A stretch of 64,000 bases of DNA from Vitrella brassicaformis CCMP3155 (taxonomy: Eukaryota; Protista; Chromerida), in the NCBI GenBank assembly GCA_001179505.1, contig CDMY01000938.1, positions 62,001 to 126,000 on the forward strand, written 5' to 3'. This document shows positions 48,665 to 60,834 of this stretch, piece after piece. The position numbers were made by a program, and so were the translations under genes. The notes under the pieces are model-generated. The model made no database searches, was not told the origin of the DNA, and saw only the letters and a list, made by a program, of their open reading frames with translations. How positions within the stretch are numbered: position 1 is the first letter of the stretch; every line of letters begins with the position of its first letter.

Positions 48665-50066
48665 ATGGCGATAAAGGTGCTGATCAACGGTGCTGCGGGG
48701 CGCATGGGGCGGCGTCTGTGCTGCCTTGCCGCCGAGGACGAGCACATGCAGCTCGTGGGCGGGCTGGAGAGGGTAGAGAGCCCGTCCATCGGTGACTGAG
48801 GAAATGGATCCAGTGCACGCCTGCCTGATGCGTTGTTTGTGTGTGTGTGTGTGTGTGCAGGCAAGTCGCTGAAAGAGTTGGAGCCCCTGCTGCAGTGTGG
48901 GGATGACATCCGGCTTCACTCGAACCTGAGCGACGTGTCGCCTCAGCCGGACGTCATTGTCGACTTCTCGGCACCAGCCGGTGAGCTGAGCCACACACCT
49001 CTCCTGAAAGGCCCACAGACAGACATGTGTGTGGTGTGTTCTGCATGTCTGTCAGCGTCGATGAAGTTGGCCGAGGAGGCTGCGTCAAAGGGCATTGCCT
49101 TGGTGATTGGCACCACGGGCCTGACGGAGGAGGAGGACAAAAAGCTGCACAGCCACAGCGCCAAAGTGCCGGTGTGTGAAGAGCAAATGACCGACCGAGT
49201 GAATGACCACGAGCGGAGCCCGCTTGTCTTGTCTCCTCCCTCCTTGCTGTCTGTCTGACATGCTATGCTGCACTGACTGCAGATGATCCACGCCATGAAC
49301 TACTCGTTGGGCGTGAATTTGGTGTTTCGTCTGTCGGCCGACATTGCCAAGGCCCTCGGGGACGACTTCAACATCGAGATCGTCGAAGGACACCACAACC
49401 GAAAGGTGGGTGAAGGCACCACACACAACACGACGCCAGTGGCACACGCAACGCACACACACACCTGTCTGTCTGTCTGTCTGCACGTGTGTGTGTGTTG
49501 TGGTGGGGTGGGGTGCGTCCAGGTGGATTCCCCCTCTGGGACTGCCTTCGGGATTGCCGACGCCGTGTGCGCCGCAACGGGGCGTACGCGGGCCGACCTC
49601 GTGCATGGCCGATCTGGACAGGTGAGGTGGTCTAGGACGGGCGGTGGTGGGGAGGCGGCACACACATCTCATTCACACACGCAGAGAGTGCGGCCATGCC
49701 ATGAGGGTGTGTGTGGTGTGTGTGTGTGTGTTAAATAAGGTGGGCAAGCGCACCCGCCGCGAGATCGGCATGCACGCTATCCGTCTTGGCAGCATAGTGG
49801 GCGACCACACCATACACTTTGGGTCGGACTTTGAGCGAATCGAACTCACACACAAGGCCCAGGCAAGCCAACACAGCACAGATACAATCACGTGACGGAT
49901 GTGTGTGTGTGAGCCATCGGTTGGTGTCTTGTCTTCTCTGTGTGTGGCGTGCGTGTGTCAGGATCGCGATGTGTTTGCTGCGGGCGCGCTGCGGGCCGCC
50001 AAGTGGCTGGCCGGCAAGCCCCCGGCGCTCTATGACATGCAAGACGTGCTGTTTGGCGGCAAATGA
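48665..50066 (+). CDS. dapB: 4-hydroxy-tetrahydrodipicolinate reductase (dihydrodipicolinate reductase)
   Basis: [50 protein letters not shown]|[28 protein letters not shown]|[16 protein letters not shown]...LYDMQDVL. Confidence 0.96.
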
Positions 50067-50848
50067 AGGAAAGGAAGGCTGTATTTAATCGCCCGTTCGC
50101 CAAATGAATGAATGAACAGAACAGTCGAAACAGACACACAGACAGACAGACAGACAGGTTTAGTCTCCGTGTTTCGTCAAGTGGGCCGACTGCATGGACG
50201 GACGAATGGATGCTCTTGACAGTTTTCGGTGCATTGTGTTGCATTGTGGTGCTCCACACTAATGTGTTCGTACAACGGCCGAGCAGGGACGGCTGGATGG
50301 ATGGATGGATCGGTGAGTGAAGGCACGCTGTTCGCCCGCCCGGCAGGTTGGCTCAAGCTGCCTGCCTGCCTGCCTGTACAAAGCGGTTGAGTCAGCCACT
50401 CACGCAAAGCACTCACTCACTCACTCAGTCCATAAGTCAGTCACGCCGTGGATGAAATGAACCAGGCAGGCAGCCAGGCAGACAGACAGACGCCACATAC
50501 CACACCACACACACACGCAGTGATGGTCCCCCTCCCTCCCTCCCTCCCACGCCCACCCACACACACCCCCGCGGACGGATCGGACGCATCGTTTGTCTGA
50601 AACGAATGCGTCCGGCCGGCCGGGCAGGTGTATGCGTGTCCGGGAAACCACTGTCTTAGGAGCCAGCTGATCCGATCCCTTAGCTATACACTGTCTGGAT
50701 GTCTGTGGTTGTTTGCGTCAGACATGCAGACACACATCTCATCTCATGTGTGTCCGTTCACCCTCACACCCTCTCGCTATTTCGGCTGGCTGCTTAGCTA
50801 GCTTGTGCACTCTACTCCCACCCCGGTTGGCCGTGCCGGGCCTTATGG

Positions 50849-52355
50849 CTAGGACGAGGTGGCAGCGATGAAGAGACAGGCGGCGGCTGCCGACGACCCC
50901 ACCATGCGGGTTCGGGCAACTAGATCTACTATGCGCTGCACATAGTCCACCGGCACACCCACGTTCGATGGATCGTACCTGACGAGACGACACCACACGA
51001 CAAACACGACACACACATCTCCTTAATAATTGTGGGTTGGTTGGGACGAGATCGTATCGTATACTGCCCACTTGAAGAATCCATTGGCCCAAGACAAGTC
51101 GTCCCCCATCGACATGGCCACGCCCTTGGTGACCGTCACAGTGGCACCAGACACCTCAATCGCCATCAGCTGACGGCAGGACAGGACAGGAGAGGACAGG
51201 CACACGATGAGGAAACACGAAACAGAGTTTCATCGGCTCGCTCCCTTGACTCTTGCCGTCCCTGGTCGCCTCACTCACTCACCGTATCGTCCTTGGCGTC
51301 GCCTGTCTTGAGCAGTGGCTTGATGGCGTCGAGCCGCGCCTCCTGCAGAGCCTTGTCAGCCTTGGCCCTCCTGATCATACTGGTGAGCTCCACAGAGAGG
51401 GCCTCAGGGTCTCTCTGCTGGTGGGAAAGCTGGGGGGCGGGTGGCGGTGGGTGGGGGTGGCCCTGTGTCTGTGTGGGGGGAGGCGGTCCGATGGGCCCGG
51501 GATACCAGTTGGTGGCCGGATCCCACAGCAACAGCCGTGCCCAATACCTGACACACAGGTCGAGTCGAGTCGATGCACCCAGCACAGCACAACACAACAC
51601 AAGGCGACACAGAGAGAGGAGCCGTTGTCGTTGGGTTCTGTGTGGTGCATTGCATTCGCTCTCACCAATATGGAGCGTCGTTCTCTCTGGACGGAGGCAG
51701 CGCCACCTTGTCGGTCTGCTCGGCCACGTAGAGCCCCAGCTGGCCATCTAGCCTGACAGATAGATAAAAGATATATACATCCAGGCGGCACGATCACCAT
51801 TAGACACACAGCCAGAGCCAAAGCCGCAGTGTTCCTCCTCCCTCTCCTCTCACCATTTGAACACTGGGGGATATATTTGGAGGAAAATCCTCCCGTGTTG
51901 ATCCCGGAGAAAGGCCTGGTCAAATCGGCCAGAAAAGAGCAGCGCCATGACAGACCCCTTGGCCGCGCAGAGGGTGGACCGCCGGGCCCGGAAAAACTCT
52001 CCGCTGAGGCTGAACTCCAATATCTCCCTCATGCACTCCGCCTGGCACAACACAACACATGAAGTGAAGATGGACCCAAAGGTTCCCTTGCCCTGTTCTG
52101 CCTTCCTGTGTGAGCCCGTCGCCATACCGAAGGCTCCGTCAAATCGCCAGTGCCGCCCATCGCTTGCTCTTTCGCAATCAGCTCATCCTTGATCTCCCGC
52201 AGCCTCTCCTTCACCACATCGCACTGCTCCATGCTCACATCGAGATGGTCACCACGCTCACCACTGGCAGGACAGTCACTGACAGGCGGCTGCTTGGGCG
52301 TGCCGCCTTCGTTGGCTGCATCACCAGGAGGAGGACCACTCGAGCTGGAGCTCAT
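50849..52355 (-). pseudogene. Truncated paralog of the BTB-TLDc gene at 1-2313 (stops inside the second BTB-like domain, no TLDc)
   Basis: Near-identical peptides with the same intron positions checked (HLDVSMEQ..AMGGTGDLTEPS|AECMRE.LEFSLSGE.FRARRSTLC; EALSVEL.SMIRRAK; VSGATVTVTKGVA). The last exon YDPSNVGVPVDYVQRIVDLVARTRMVG diverges and hits TAG at 50849. Confidence 0.55.
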
Positions 52356-52960
52356 GGCGCAACCCCTCCTACCTCCTTCGACCTTCATGAGGGTCCCCGG
52401 CTGGTTTCTGCCTTCATCGCAGCTTTTGCGAGTTTGGTGCAGTCGCATTTTGTTTTACAGCAAACCCGAGGGAAGAGTCATACGTTTCGCAAACCCTGGA
52501 CCCTGAATCAGTTCTTGCAAATTACCTAATTCATCATGCGATTGGGCCTTTGTGACCTGACCTCACGACAGCAGATGAATGAATGCAATATCATCAACCA
52601 GCCAGATCGAGTCAACCAGAGATGTTCTCACACGCACTGCACTGCCACACATGCATGATGGGATGGATGCCATTTCAGGCCAGGCAGTGAGTGACGGTAT
52701 TCACATCATCTACACAGGAGCCTCCCTCCCTCCCTCCTGCCACAGCAAAGGGGGCTACTTGTAATACGTGCCGCTCGGCACCGGTGGTGGGCGTCATGCA
52801 TGAGGGGAGGGCACCCATGGCCGGTCGGGCGGCCGGCCACTCAATTCAATCGCTATCGAGACAGAGCAAAGAAACAAACGACACAGCTGTGAGCAGCAAG
52901 CGGGGTTGGTTGTCTAGTAGGCATCATGATGTCCTTTCGCGTACCTGTCGGTTTATCTGA

Positions 52961-55168
52961 TTAGACGGGCGGATTGAGATTGCTGCTGCTGTGCTCCTCA
53001 TCCATATCACCGGCGGCCCTGTCAGACACACAGACAGACAAGCAAACAGACAGACAGACAGACAGACAGACACGTGTGTACTCGCAGAGTGCCCCCATCC
53101 ATCCCTCCCCCCTCAACTCACTGGTCGTCCTCCATGTGTTGATGCTCGTCATCGTCTTCGATCATATCGCCATCATGCTCCTCCTCCCCCCAGTCGCCGT
53201 CCATGCCATCCTCGGCCACGGAACCCTTCACACATACGCAGACCACACACATTGATAAGTGGGCATGGATGACATGGCATGTGTGTGCGCGTGTGCCTCC
53301 TTCCACCTCGTCTAGATCGTCGCCGTCCCCGGCGTCCTCCAGGCCGTCCGCATCCATACCGTCCTGCACACACACAACAGTGAATCATCACATGCATGTG
53401 ACTGTCTGCCCCTCCCTCCTGACCTCATCATCGATGTCACTCTCCTCGTCTAGGTCGTCGCCATCCGAGCTATCATCATCTGATGACTCGTAGTCGCCCC
53501 ACACGGCACCGGGCGGCCCCCTCTGGTCCATCCCCTCCCACCCATCTATCGTCTGCACCACACACTGACCTCCCCCCGCCCCGCCCACCACCACACGCCC
53601 ATCGAACGAGCACTCGAATGGCTTGCCCTTGCCGAATCCCCTGTCGATGTCAGGCAGCCTGTAGTGGAGCGCCTCCTCACACCAAATCAGGTGGATCACG
53701 TCACGGAGGCCATACACGATGCCCTCGTCTACCTGCCCGCCCTCTCTCCCCCCCTGGCTGTCTGATGTGTCGGCGTGTGTGGTGTGTGGCGTGACGAAGG
53801 CAGTGTGGCGAAACAAACGGCGCCGCACAGAGGGGCTGGCCACATTGCAGACACGCGAGACGAAGAACGACAGTGCCGCATTGAGCCGCCGCCCGAGTGG
53901 CGTGCGGGCTGAGAAGGGCAGAGGGGGCGGCTCTATGTAAGAGGCAATGTGACTGCACAGCACACCCACACGAAACACGCGATGAGAAGCCGACAAGGCA
54001 GACAGAGTGCGCAGAGGAGTGAGGGATGCGTTGATGAAGCGCATGGCGTGTGTGGGAACAGAGCGTTTGAGATAGTCTTGATACACCGACAAAACACGGC
54101 GCTTCTCTCTGGCTGTCGTGGCAATGGGGGCAGGTGCTCTGTCTACGGATGCCCCCAGGTGGATCAGATGGTCGGCAGCAGTGTGGTAGCCTCCCTCCAC
54201 CAACGCGACAAGGGGTGGCCGTCACCCCTACCATCATCTATATCAGCTCCTGCCTCATGCACCAGGAATGAAATGACATCCACATCCCAGTGAGCAAGGA
54301 TGAGTGTGCTACGCACAGCCTTCACCCCCTGCTGCCTCACTAGCCAATACACCACAGCCCTGTTCCGCGCCCGTGTGGCTTCATTCAACGCACAAGTACC
54401 CCCGTCCCCCTCCACCACCTCCCGCCCCATCCCCTCGACCAGCTTCTCGAGGATTGCGATGTGGGGGTCCGCGTGGCCGTCATGCGCCGCATCCCCCTCC
54501 TGCTGCTGTCGCTGCTGCTGCTGCTCATCCGATTGCTTGTCCTCGTCCTCTGCAAAGCGGCACGCACATGCCTGCTCGAGAGTCCAGTATCCGTAGAGGC
54601 TTAGAAGCGTGGGTGCCGCTGCTGCGGCAGCGGTCAGCCGAGTGACGATCTTCAGGCACTCCTTCGCCGTAATGCGCTGGGGGCCGCGGGTGGCGCCACT
54701 GGTGAATACCGACGACAGCGCACCATCAAAGTAGCACCTGGCGCCGTGCCTCAGGAGGGTCTCGATCATGGGCAGCAGGGCCGACAGCTGAGTGGGGTCT
54801 GCATGGCGCAGGCGGGCTAGCACGGCGTCAAGTGGTATCCGGGCTGGACTGGTGCAGTTGACATTCGCTCCCGCGTCGATGAGGGACTCCAGGATCGCGA
54901 CACCGTCCTCTCCGACGCATTCCTCAGCGGCCAGATACACCAGGGAATGCCACTGCTGAGAGCTCGTGTTGTAGTACCGCCCGTTGGGGTCGGCCCTCTG
55001 CTGCGCCAGCAGCTGGGCCGCTGCTTCAGGTGAGAGTGACCCGTCACGGATGCCGTAGGCCAACTCTTTGGTGGCCGAGAGGGAAAAGGCTGGCGCTCCA
55101 CCGCGTGAGAGGCTGATGGGGAACGGCTCGCCGGGCTGCGGCTGTGGCTCAGAGTCAGACCCAGACAT
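52961..55168 (-). CDS. Ankyrin-repeat protein with acidic D/E-rich tail, interrupted by an apparent 1-nt frameshift near 54205
   Basis: ILESLIDAGANVN, IETLLRHGA and ISFLVHEAGADID repeats in ORF 54164..55168. ORF 53388..54203 continues in another frame, followed by acidic exons. Confidence 0.7.
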
Positions 55169-55813
55169 CGCCAGCTATCACCAGTCGGTGCGGTCGCGAC
55201 GGCCGGAAGCCATTAAGTGGAAGCAAGGCTGCTGCAAACACCACACACACAGACACACACACACAGGGAAGAAGCGGGGTGACGCAATGGGAATCATCAT
55301 ATCGCGGTCCTGGACTGCCTCCTCCTCACTTTATTGTATGCGTACCACAGGCCCTCCAGCAACAGAGTGCCAGCAAATTGCAGAGCAGGCAGTGCCACGC
55401 GTCGCCACCTGAAACACCACCAAAAGCGCCAAGGAGATGCCAGGTCCAAGGCTGGCGGCGAGCAGCAACGAGGCGCCAGCGGATGAGATGAGGAAATGCA
55501 CCCCCCAAACGACCGTCCTCAGTCAACAACCGTCAAGGCCAGCGAAGCCAAAACCGTCCTAAGGCTTGGAATCATCCGACAGGGCTGCAACGATACGAGG
55601 GCGTCATGTTGTGCTGCCTGCAGCATCCCTCAGACTACGGCATCTGCGCAGTCACCTCTCCTCGGCTTGCGCGCTTTCGCGGTTTGACGCGATCGCAAAG
55701 CATTCTAATCACTGCTGCAGTCCACCCTCAGGCATGAACTAGGCTCTTTGACTGACCCACCTGCGGAGCCCAGCCACAAAGCCTGAAGGATTCATTAAGA
55801 TGAGCACAGCGCC

Positions 55814-58007
55814 ATGTGGAGAGGCCCACATCTCATCAACTCACTTCATCCAACAAGGATCTTCGCTCGGAGAGGCTTCTCGGCACTTCGACTGGCGAAG
55901 GGCAAGGGCGGCAAAATCGAGATCACGCCGGCGGCAGTCGTGTCGGCATCGGCGGCAGCAAGGAAGGGCAAGGTGGGCGTGACGGTGCGGCCGTCGCCAG
56001 GCACCCCTCTGTATGTGATGAAGGCCCGGCCTGAGGCGACTATCGTGGAGCTCAAGCCGCACGTGGACGCCAACCTCATGCCGGTGCTAACGTGTCGTCT
56101 GGCATTGAATGCATTGACACACACACACACAGTTGCACATGCATATGCAGGACAGACAGACAGACAGACAGACAGATGGATGGATGGATGGATGGATGGA
56201 TGGATGGCATTCATCCCTCGTGTGTCTGTTGTGTTGTGTTGTGTGCGTGTGTGCAGCCCGACCCGCATGTGCGAGCACACAGTCTGGCGTGCACCATTGA
56301 TCTGCGCAGGGTGGCGGCGAGCATCCGCGAGCAGAGGAGGCGGGACAGCGACAATGCCTTCTGGGGAGACTTCGTCTTTAGAGGTGTGCCGGCGTACAAA
56401 GGTCTGTCGGTGCGGCAGCGTCCCTTTCTCTCGCACCCCTTTCTCTGTGGCTGGCTGGGTGGCTGGCTATTGTTGGTTGTGTGCAGAGCTGGAGCATTTC
56501 CTGATGGCTGAGACCGGCCCTGGCTTCTCTCAACAGGCATGCACTGCAGTCTTCTTCAAGGTGGGTGACAGACGCCATGCGTCAGTCAGCGTGGATGGAT
56601 GGATGGATGGATGCGCGTATGTGTTTGTGTGGGGGTGGGTGTAGAGCGGTTGTGTGGTGTTTTGGGGCATGACCGAGGACAACGAGTACCGCTGTGTGGC
56701 CACCACCGCCGCACCATTCATGAGAATGTAATCTTCACACACACACACTCACACACACGCACACAACGGCGGCACAGACGAGACCATCACTGTGCCATCC
56801 ATCATTAATGACGGTCAGGCCTGTTGCCGCGACTTTGGACGAGCTGTGGGCCGCGAGGGAGACCGAGACAATGGATGTCACCGACACAGAGGGGTGGGTG
56901 GGGTGGGCAAGAAACGAACACTCTGTGCTGTGCACCACACGGTTTTATAGGTCTCTCTCCGTGTGTGTGCACTGCAGCGACAGCCACATAGAGAACGATG
57001 TCATCTACCTCCGCACACACGACCGCACTAGACCCAGCGACAAGGTCACACACACACACACACACAGACACACACAGAGACCAGCCAGCAGCATGACAAC
57101 CGTGCCATATGTGTCTTCTCTTTGCGACGGTGGATGGTCAGCTGTCGATGTCGTTTGCCATGATGACGGCCGCCCGCCTCAGTGCCCTCGAAAACAAGAT
57201 CGAACGAGTCCTGGCGGTAAGTAAGTGAGTGAATCGGTGGAGATGGGAGGAACAAGCCTTGCTGAAGCATTCATCCGCCCGTCCCTTTCCTTTGTCCGTG
57301 TGTGTGTGGTGTGGTGGTCAGTTTGAGAAGCGGTCTGCCGATCGGATGAAGAAGCTCATCAGGCCTTGGCGAGTGGTGCGCACGCAGGAAGACAGAGAGA
57401 GAGGGAGAGAGAGAGAGAGAGAGAGAAGCCATCCATCCGCATGTGCATGTGCATGTCGTGTGTGTCATGTCAGAGTGCGTTGGGTGAGGGGGTGTTCGAC
57501 TCGCTGATCAACCTGCACAACCTGCGATACGAGCTCAACATCGAGCAGGGGCTGACGGATGTGCCCGACGTTATGTGGGACTATGAGGGGCAGACGCGCC
57601 TCTTTGAGAAGCTCCAGAGGCACCACGACATCAAGCAGAGACTCGACCTCCTCAACGCACGGTGGGTAAAGGTGGTGGAGAGGGAATTTTCTGTATGTGT
57701 GTGTGTGTGTGGGGTGTGGGTGTTTTAAGGCTGGACTGGACGTTTCACTTTCTGGGGACGTTCTCCGAGCACCTCCAGCGGCTCCACTCGGCAAACCTGG
57801 AGAAGGCAAGCACAGCGAGCGACAGACACGAACACCCCACCCACCGGATGGATGCCCACATCGTTGTGTGTGCTCTGTTTGTTTGTGTGTCAGATTATCA
57901 TAGGTCTGATAGCGTTGGAGCTGCTGATAGGCATATCCGACTTTGTGGGCTTCCACCCCGCCTTGCTCAAGACCTACATCCTCGACAAGCTGACGGGCCA
58001 CCGATAG
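55814..58007 (+). CDS. RMND1: RMND1 / Sif2-Sif3 / DUF155 family protein, probably mitochondrial
   Basis: Presequence-like MWRGPHLINSLHPTRIFARRGFSALRL. DUF155 motifs: LSMSFAMMTAARLSALENKIE, LHNLRYELNIEQGLTDVPDVMWDYE, HDIKQRLDLLNAR|LDW..HSANLEK|IIIGLIALELL. Confidence 0.85.
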
Positions 58008-58593
58008 GCCGGGCGCTAGGCTGCGCCTCTGTAGAGAGAGTGGGGTGTGTAAAGGGAGGGACGAGTGAGCGGTGGTGGAGGTGCACCTACTGTACCACCT
58101 ACTGTACCAGTAGTCGATTGCTGTGCTGCTTGCTTGGCATATCTCTTTTTGACCGTCATTGCTGCCGTGTCGACGGCCTGTGTGCTGCCATCTCAGTGGC
58201 ACCCAGTCCATTACACAGCTGGGATGATGATCAAGGGGTGCCGGCGGGCGGCAGCAGTAGGAAGGCATGCAGCCTTCAGCGAATGTACAGCTAGGTTGGT
58301 TGGTCGGTAGGTAGGTAGGGCGAGATGTCGTGTCGTTTTGTCGCATGTGCCTGCCAGTGTGTGTTACTATTTATCGACTTGAGCGCGCGCACACCCCGCG
58401 ACACCTGATATGGTATAATTCCATGTGTCTAGCACTGTCTAAGTCATTCTTCGGCAAACACGGCCAGCCTTCACAGCACGCACGGATGAGCGGCCTTCCT
58501 CCCTCCATATGTGTCCCTGTCCAGCTGTCGGTCTGTCTTGTCTATCTGCCTGTCTGTCTGTGTGTCTGTGTGTCTGTGTGTCTGTGTGTCTGT

Positions 58594-60760
58594 CTAGCTG
58601 CCGCCCCTCGCCCGCCACAGCCCAGGATGGCTGGCAAGCTTCCTCAACACATCTGCATAAGCACTCCTGCTCATCACGCCACCCTCACCACCACCAGCCG
58701 CAGCAGCACCCCTCTTCACCTCTCGCTGACCCTCCCTCTCCCTCTCCCTGCCCTTCGGCGGCGTGCGGCTTCTCACTGGTGTGCGGGGCCTTTCCCGCTC
58801 CCTCGCACCATACCTGCTGATACACCCATTGCTGCCCTTGGTATGCTGCTGCTGCTGCTGCTGCTGCTGCGTCACGGCCGTGTTGCCTTTTGTGACATAG
58901 GGTGACTTGTTGCGGCTGTTGTTGTGTGGTGGGCTTTGTCGGGGCCTTTCGGGTGAGGGCGACACGGGGAATTGGGGCGTATGGGATATGGGTGGTGGGG
59001 CGGGGGAGAGTGTGCGGCTCTTGCTGCTGCTGAGTGGCTGGGGCGGTGGGGGTGTGGGGCATGGCGAGGAGGAAGAGAGTTTGAGGGGAGCGCTCTGCAG
59101 CAGGCTGGTGAGCGTGGCATTCTGGTCGATGAGGGACTCGTATGCACACCAGAACGACTGCATGCATTGATCACACATGACATGAGAGAGAGATGGACGA
59201 GTCTGAGAGAGAGAGACACGAGCCCGTGCTGACCGACCGACCTGCAGGTGGTAGCGGATGTGTGTGGTCTCTGCCAGCAGCCGTGGCTGCGATGTCAATC
59301 CCCTCTCGAGACGCTCCAGAGCTATCATGCACCCCTTCTTCTGCACACAGGCAGCCAACCAGACACACAAACGAATCAACGCCCGCTGAGCGGCTTCATT
59401 TCGTGTAATGTGGCCGGCCCACGTCGAGTCTTCTGGGGTTGGAAGGGTGCAGAAATTTGGTCAGCAACGATCTGCGACGGCTGTCCTCCTCACGGACCAA
59501 ACCCTCATGAGCCGACAGGGCGCTCTTCACACCTGGACACAGGGGGAATACACAGACAGAGACACAGAGGGAGAGACACGTGCACCCATGGGGGTGGCAT
59601 TTTCGTACTGCGCAATTCCCTCTCCATGATGCTCATTTCCCTCAGTTTGTCGGCGTGCACGTCAGTCAGACAGTGAAGCTTCATGAGCGCCTGACACACG
59701 GCAGCTTCCCATGTAGGCGCGATACAAATCGTCCCTGATTGCTGACCTCTTCCTTATGCCGTTTCTCGGCCTTCAGTGCCCTCCCGATTCCCTCGCCCCT
59801 CCTCTCACACTCGTCCAGCCGCCTCAGCGCCAAATACAGCAGCCGGCGTTCGTCCGTCTCGCCCCTGCTGCATTGTGTCCCCTTATCAGCCACCACCTTT
59901 ATTTCCGCCTCCTCGTGTAGTGGCGGGTGTGGCATCGGTCGGATCGCGTTGAGAATGGCGTCGAGCGCTTGTTCGTGGGAGATGGTCGTGAAGTCAGGGA
60001 GATGTGTGTCTGGCTTTGGTAAAGACGGCGAGGGGGCGAAGGAGGGCGGCTCGTTCTGGAGGCTCGTGCACGAGTTGAGGGCCGTGGAAGGCTTGCCGTC
60101 GCAGTGAAGGGCTGCGGGCGTTTCGGTCCTTTGCTTGGTCTCTTCTTTGATCACGTTGCCGAAACTAGCCTCGCTGTCTGTGTCTTCGTAGCCGTAATAG
60201 AGGGAGCCATCGCTGCTTGCCGATACTCTCTCGGCCTGTCGGCGTGTCAGGCTGGCAGGTGGAAGCCCTTTCTGCTCTCTCAGTGTGTCGGACGCTCCAC
60301 ACATGAATGGAAGGAGACACACATGTTTGAGGGAAGATAGAGACGTCTGGAGTACCAAGCGAGTCGGCGCGCCACGTTGACAGAGGCAGCGCCGTGCTGT
60401 CACTGGTCCGCTGGGTGACAGGGGGCACCATGGTCGTCTTCGTTGCTCCTCCCTTCTGTGTCCGCCGTCTGACAACCGCTTGGCGAACGAGACCAGGTCC
60501 TTCGCGTGTGACCTTCCCCGCCGGCATGACCGCCACTGCTTTGGCGAAGACGGCCATCTGCGGGCTGCCGACGCCAAAGACGCGCTTGATCTCCTCCTGA
60601 AGGTCTTGCAATGCAGCGTACTGCTGCGGAGACGGCAGAGAGGACGGACTGCTCTCCACACCTGCAATGGCATACGGACACCGGAGATACACTTTGCAAT
60701 CATTATGTCGCCCTTCTGTTTTGCTGTACCATCTGTGTGGCCATTCCCATGACACAACGA
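58594..60760 (-). CDS. Hypothetical coiled-coil / low-complexity protein (5' structure uncertain)
   Basis: Long exonic ORFs 59681..60766 and 58594..59379 (LLYLALRRLDECERRGEGIGRALKAEKRHKEE; poly-Q; RERERE) are linked by GT-AG introns. Confidence 0.5.
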
Positions 60761-60834
60761 CGCCATTTCGAGACGGCTGCGGGCCAGCCCCCAGTCTCGT
60801 GCTGGGGGGAGGGAGGAGATCCCGTGATCCCGTC

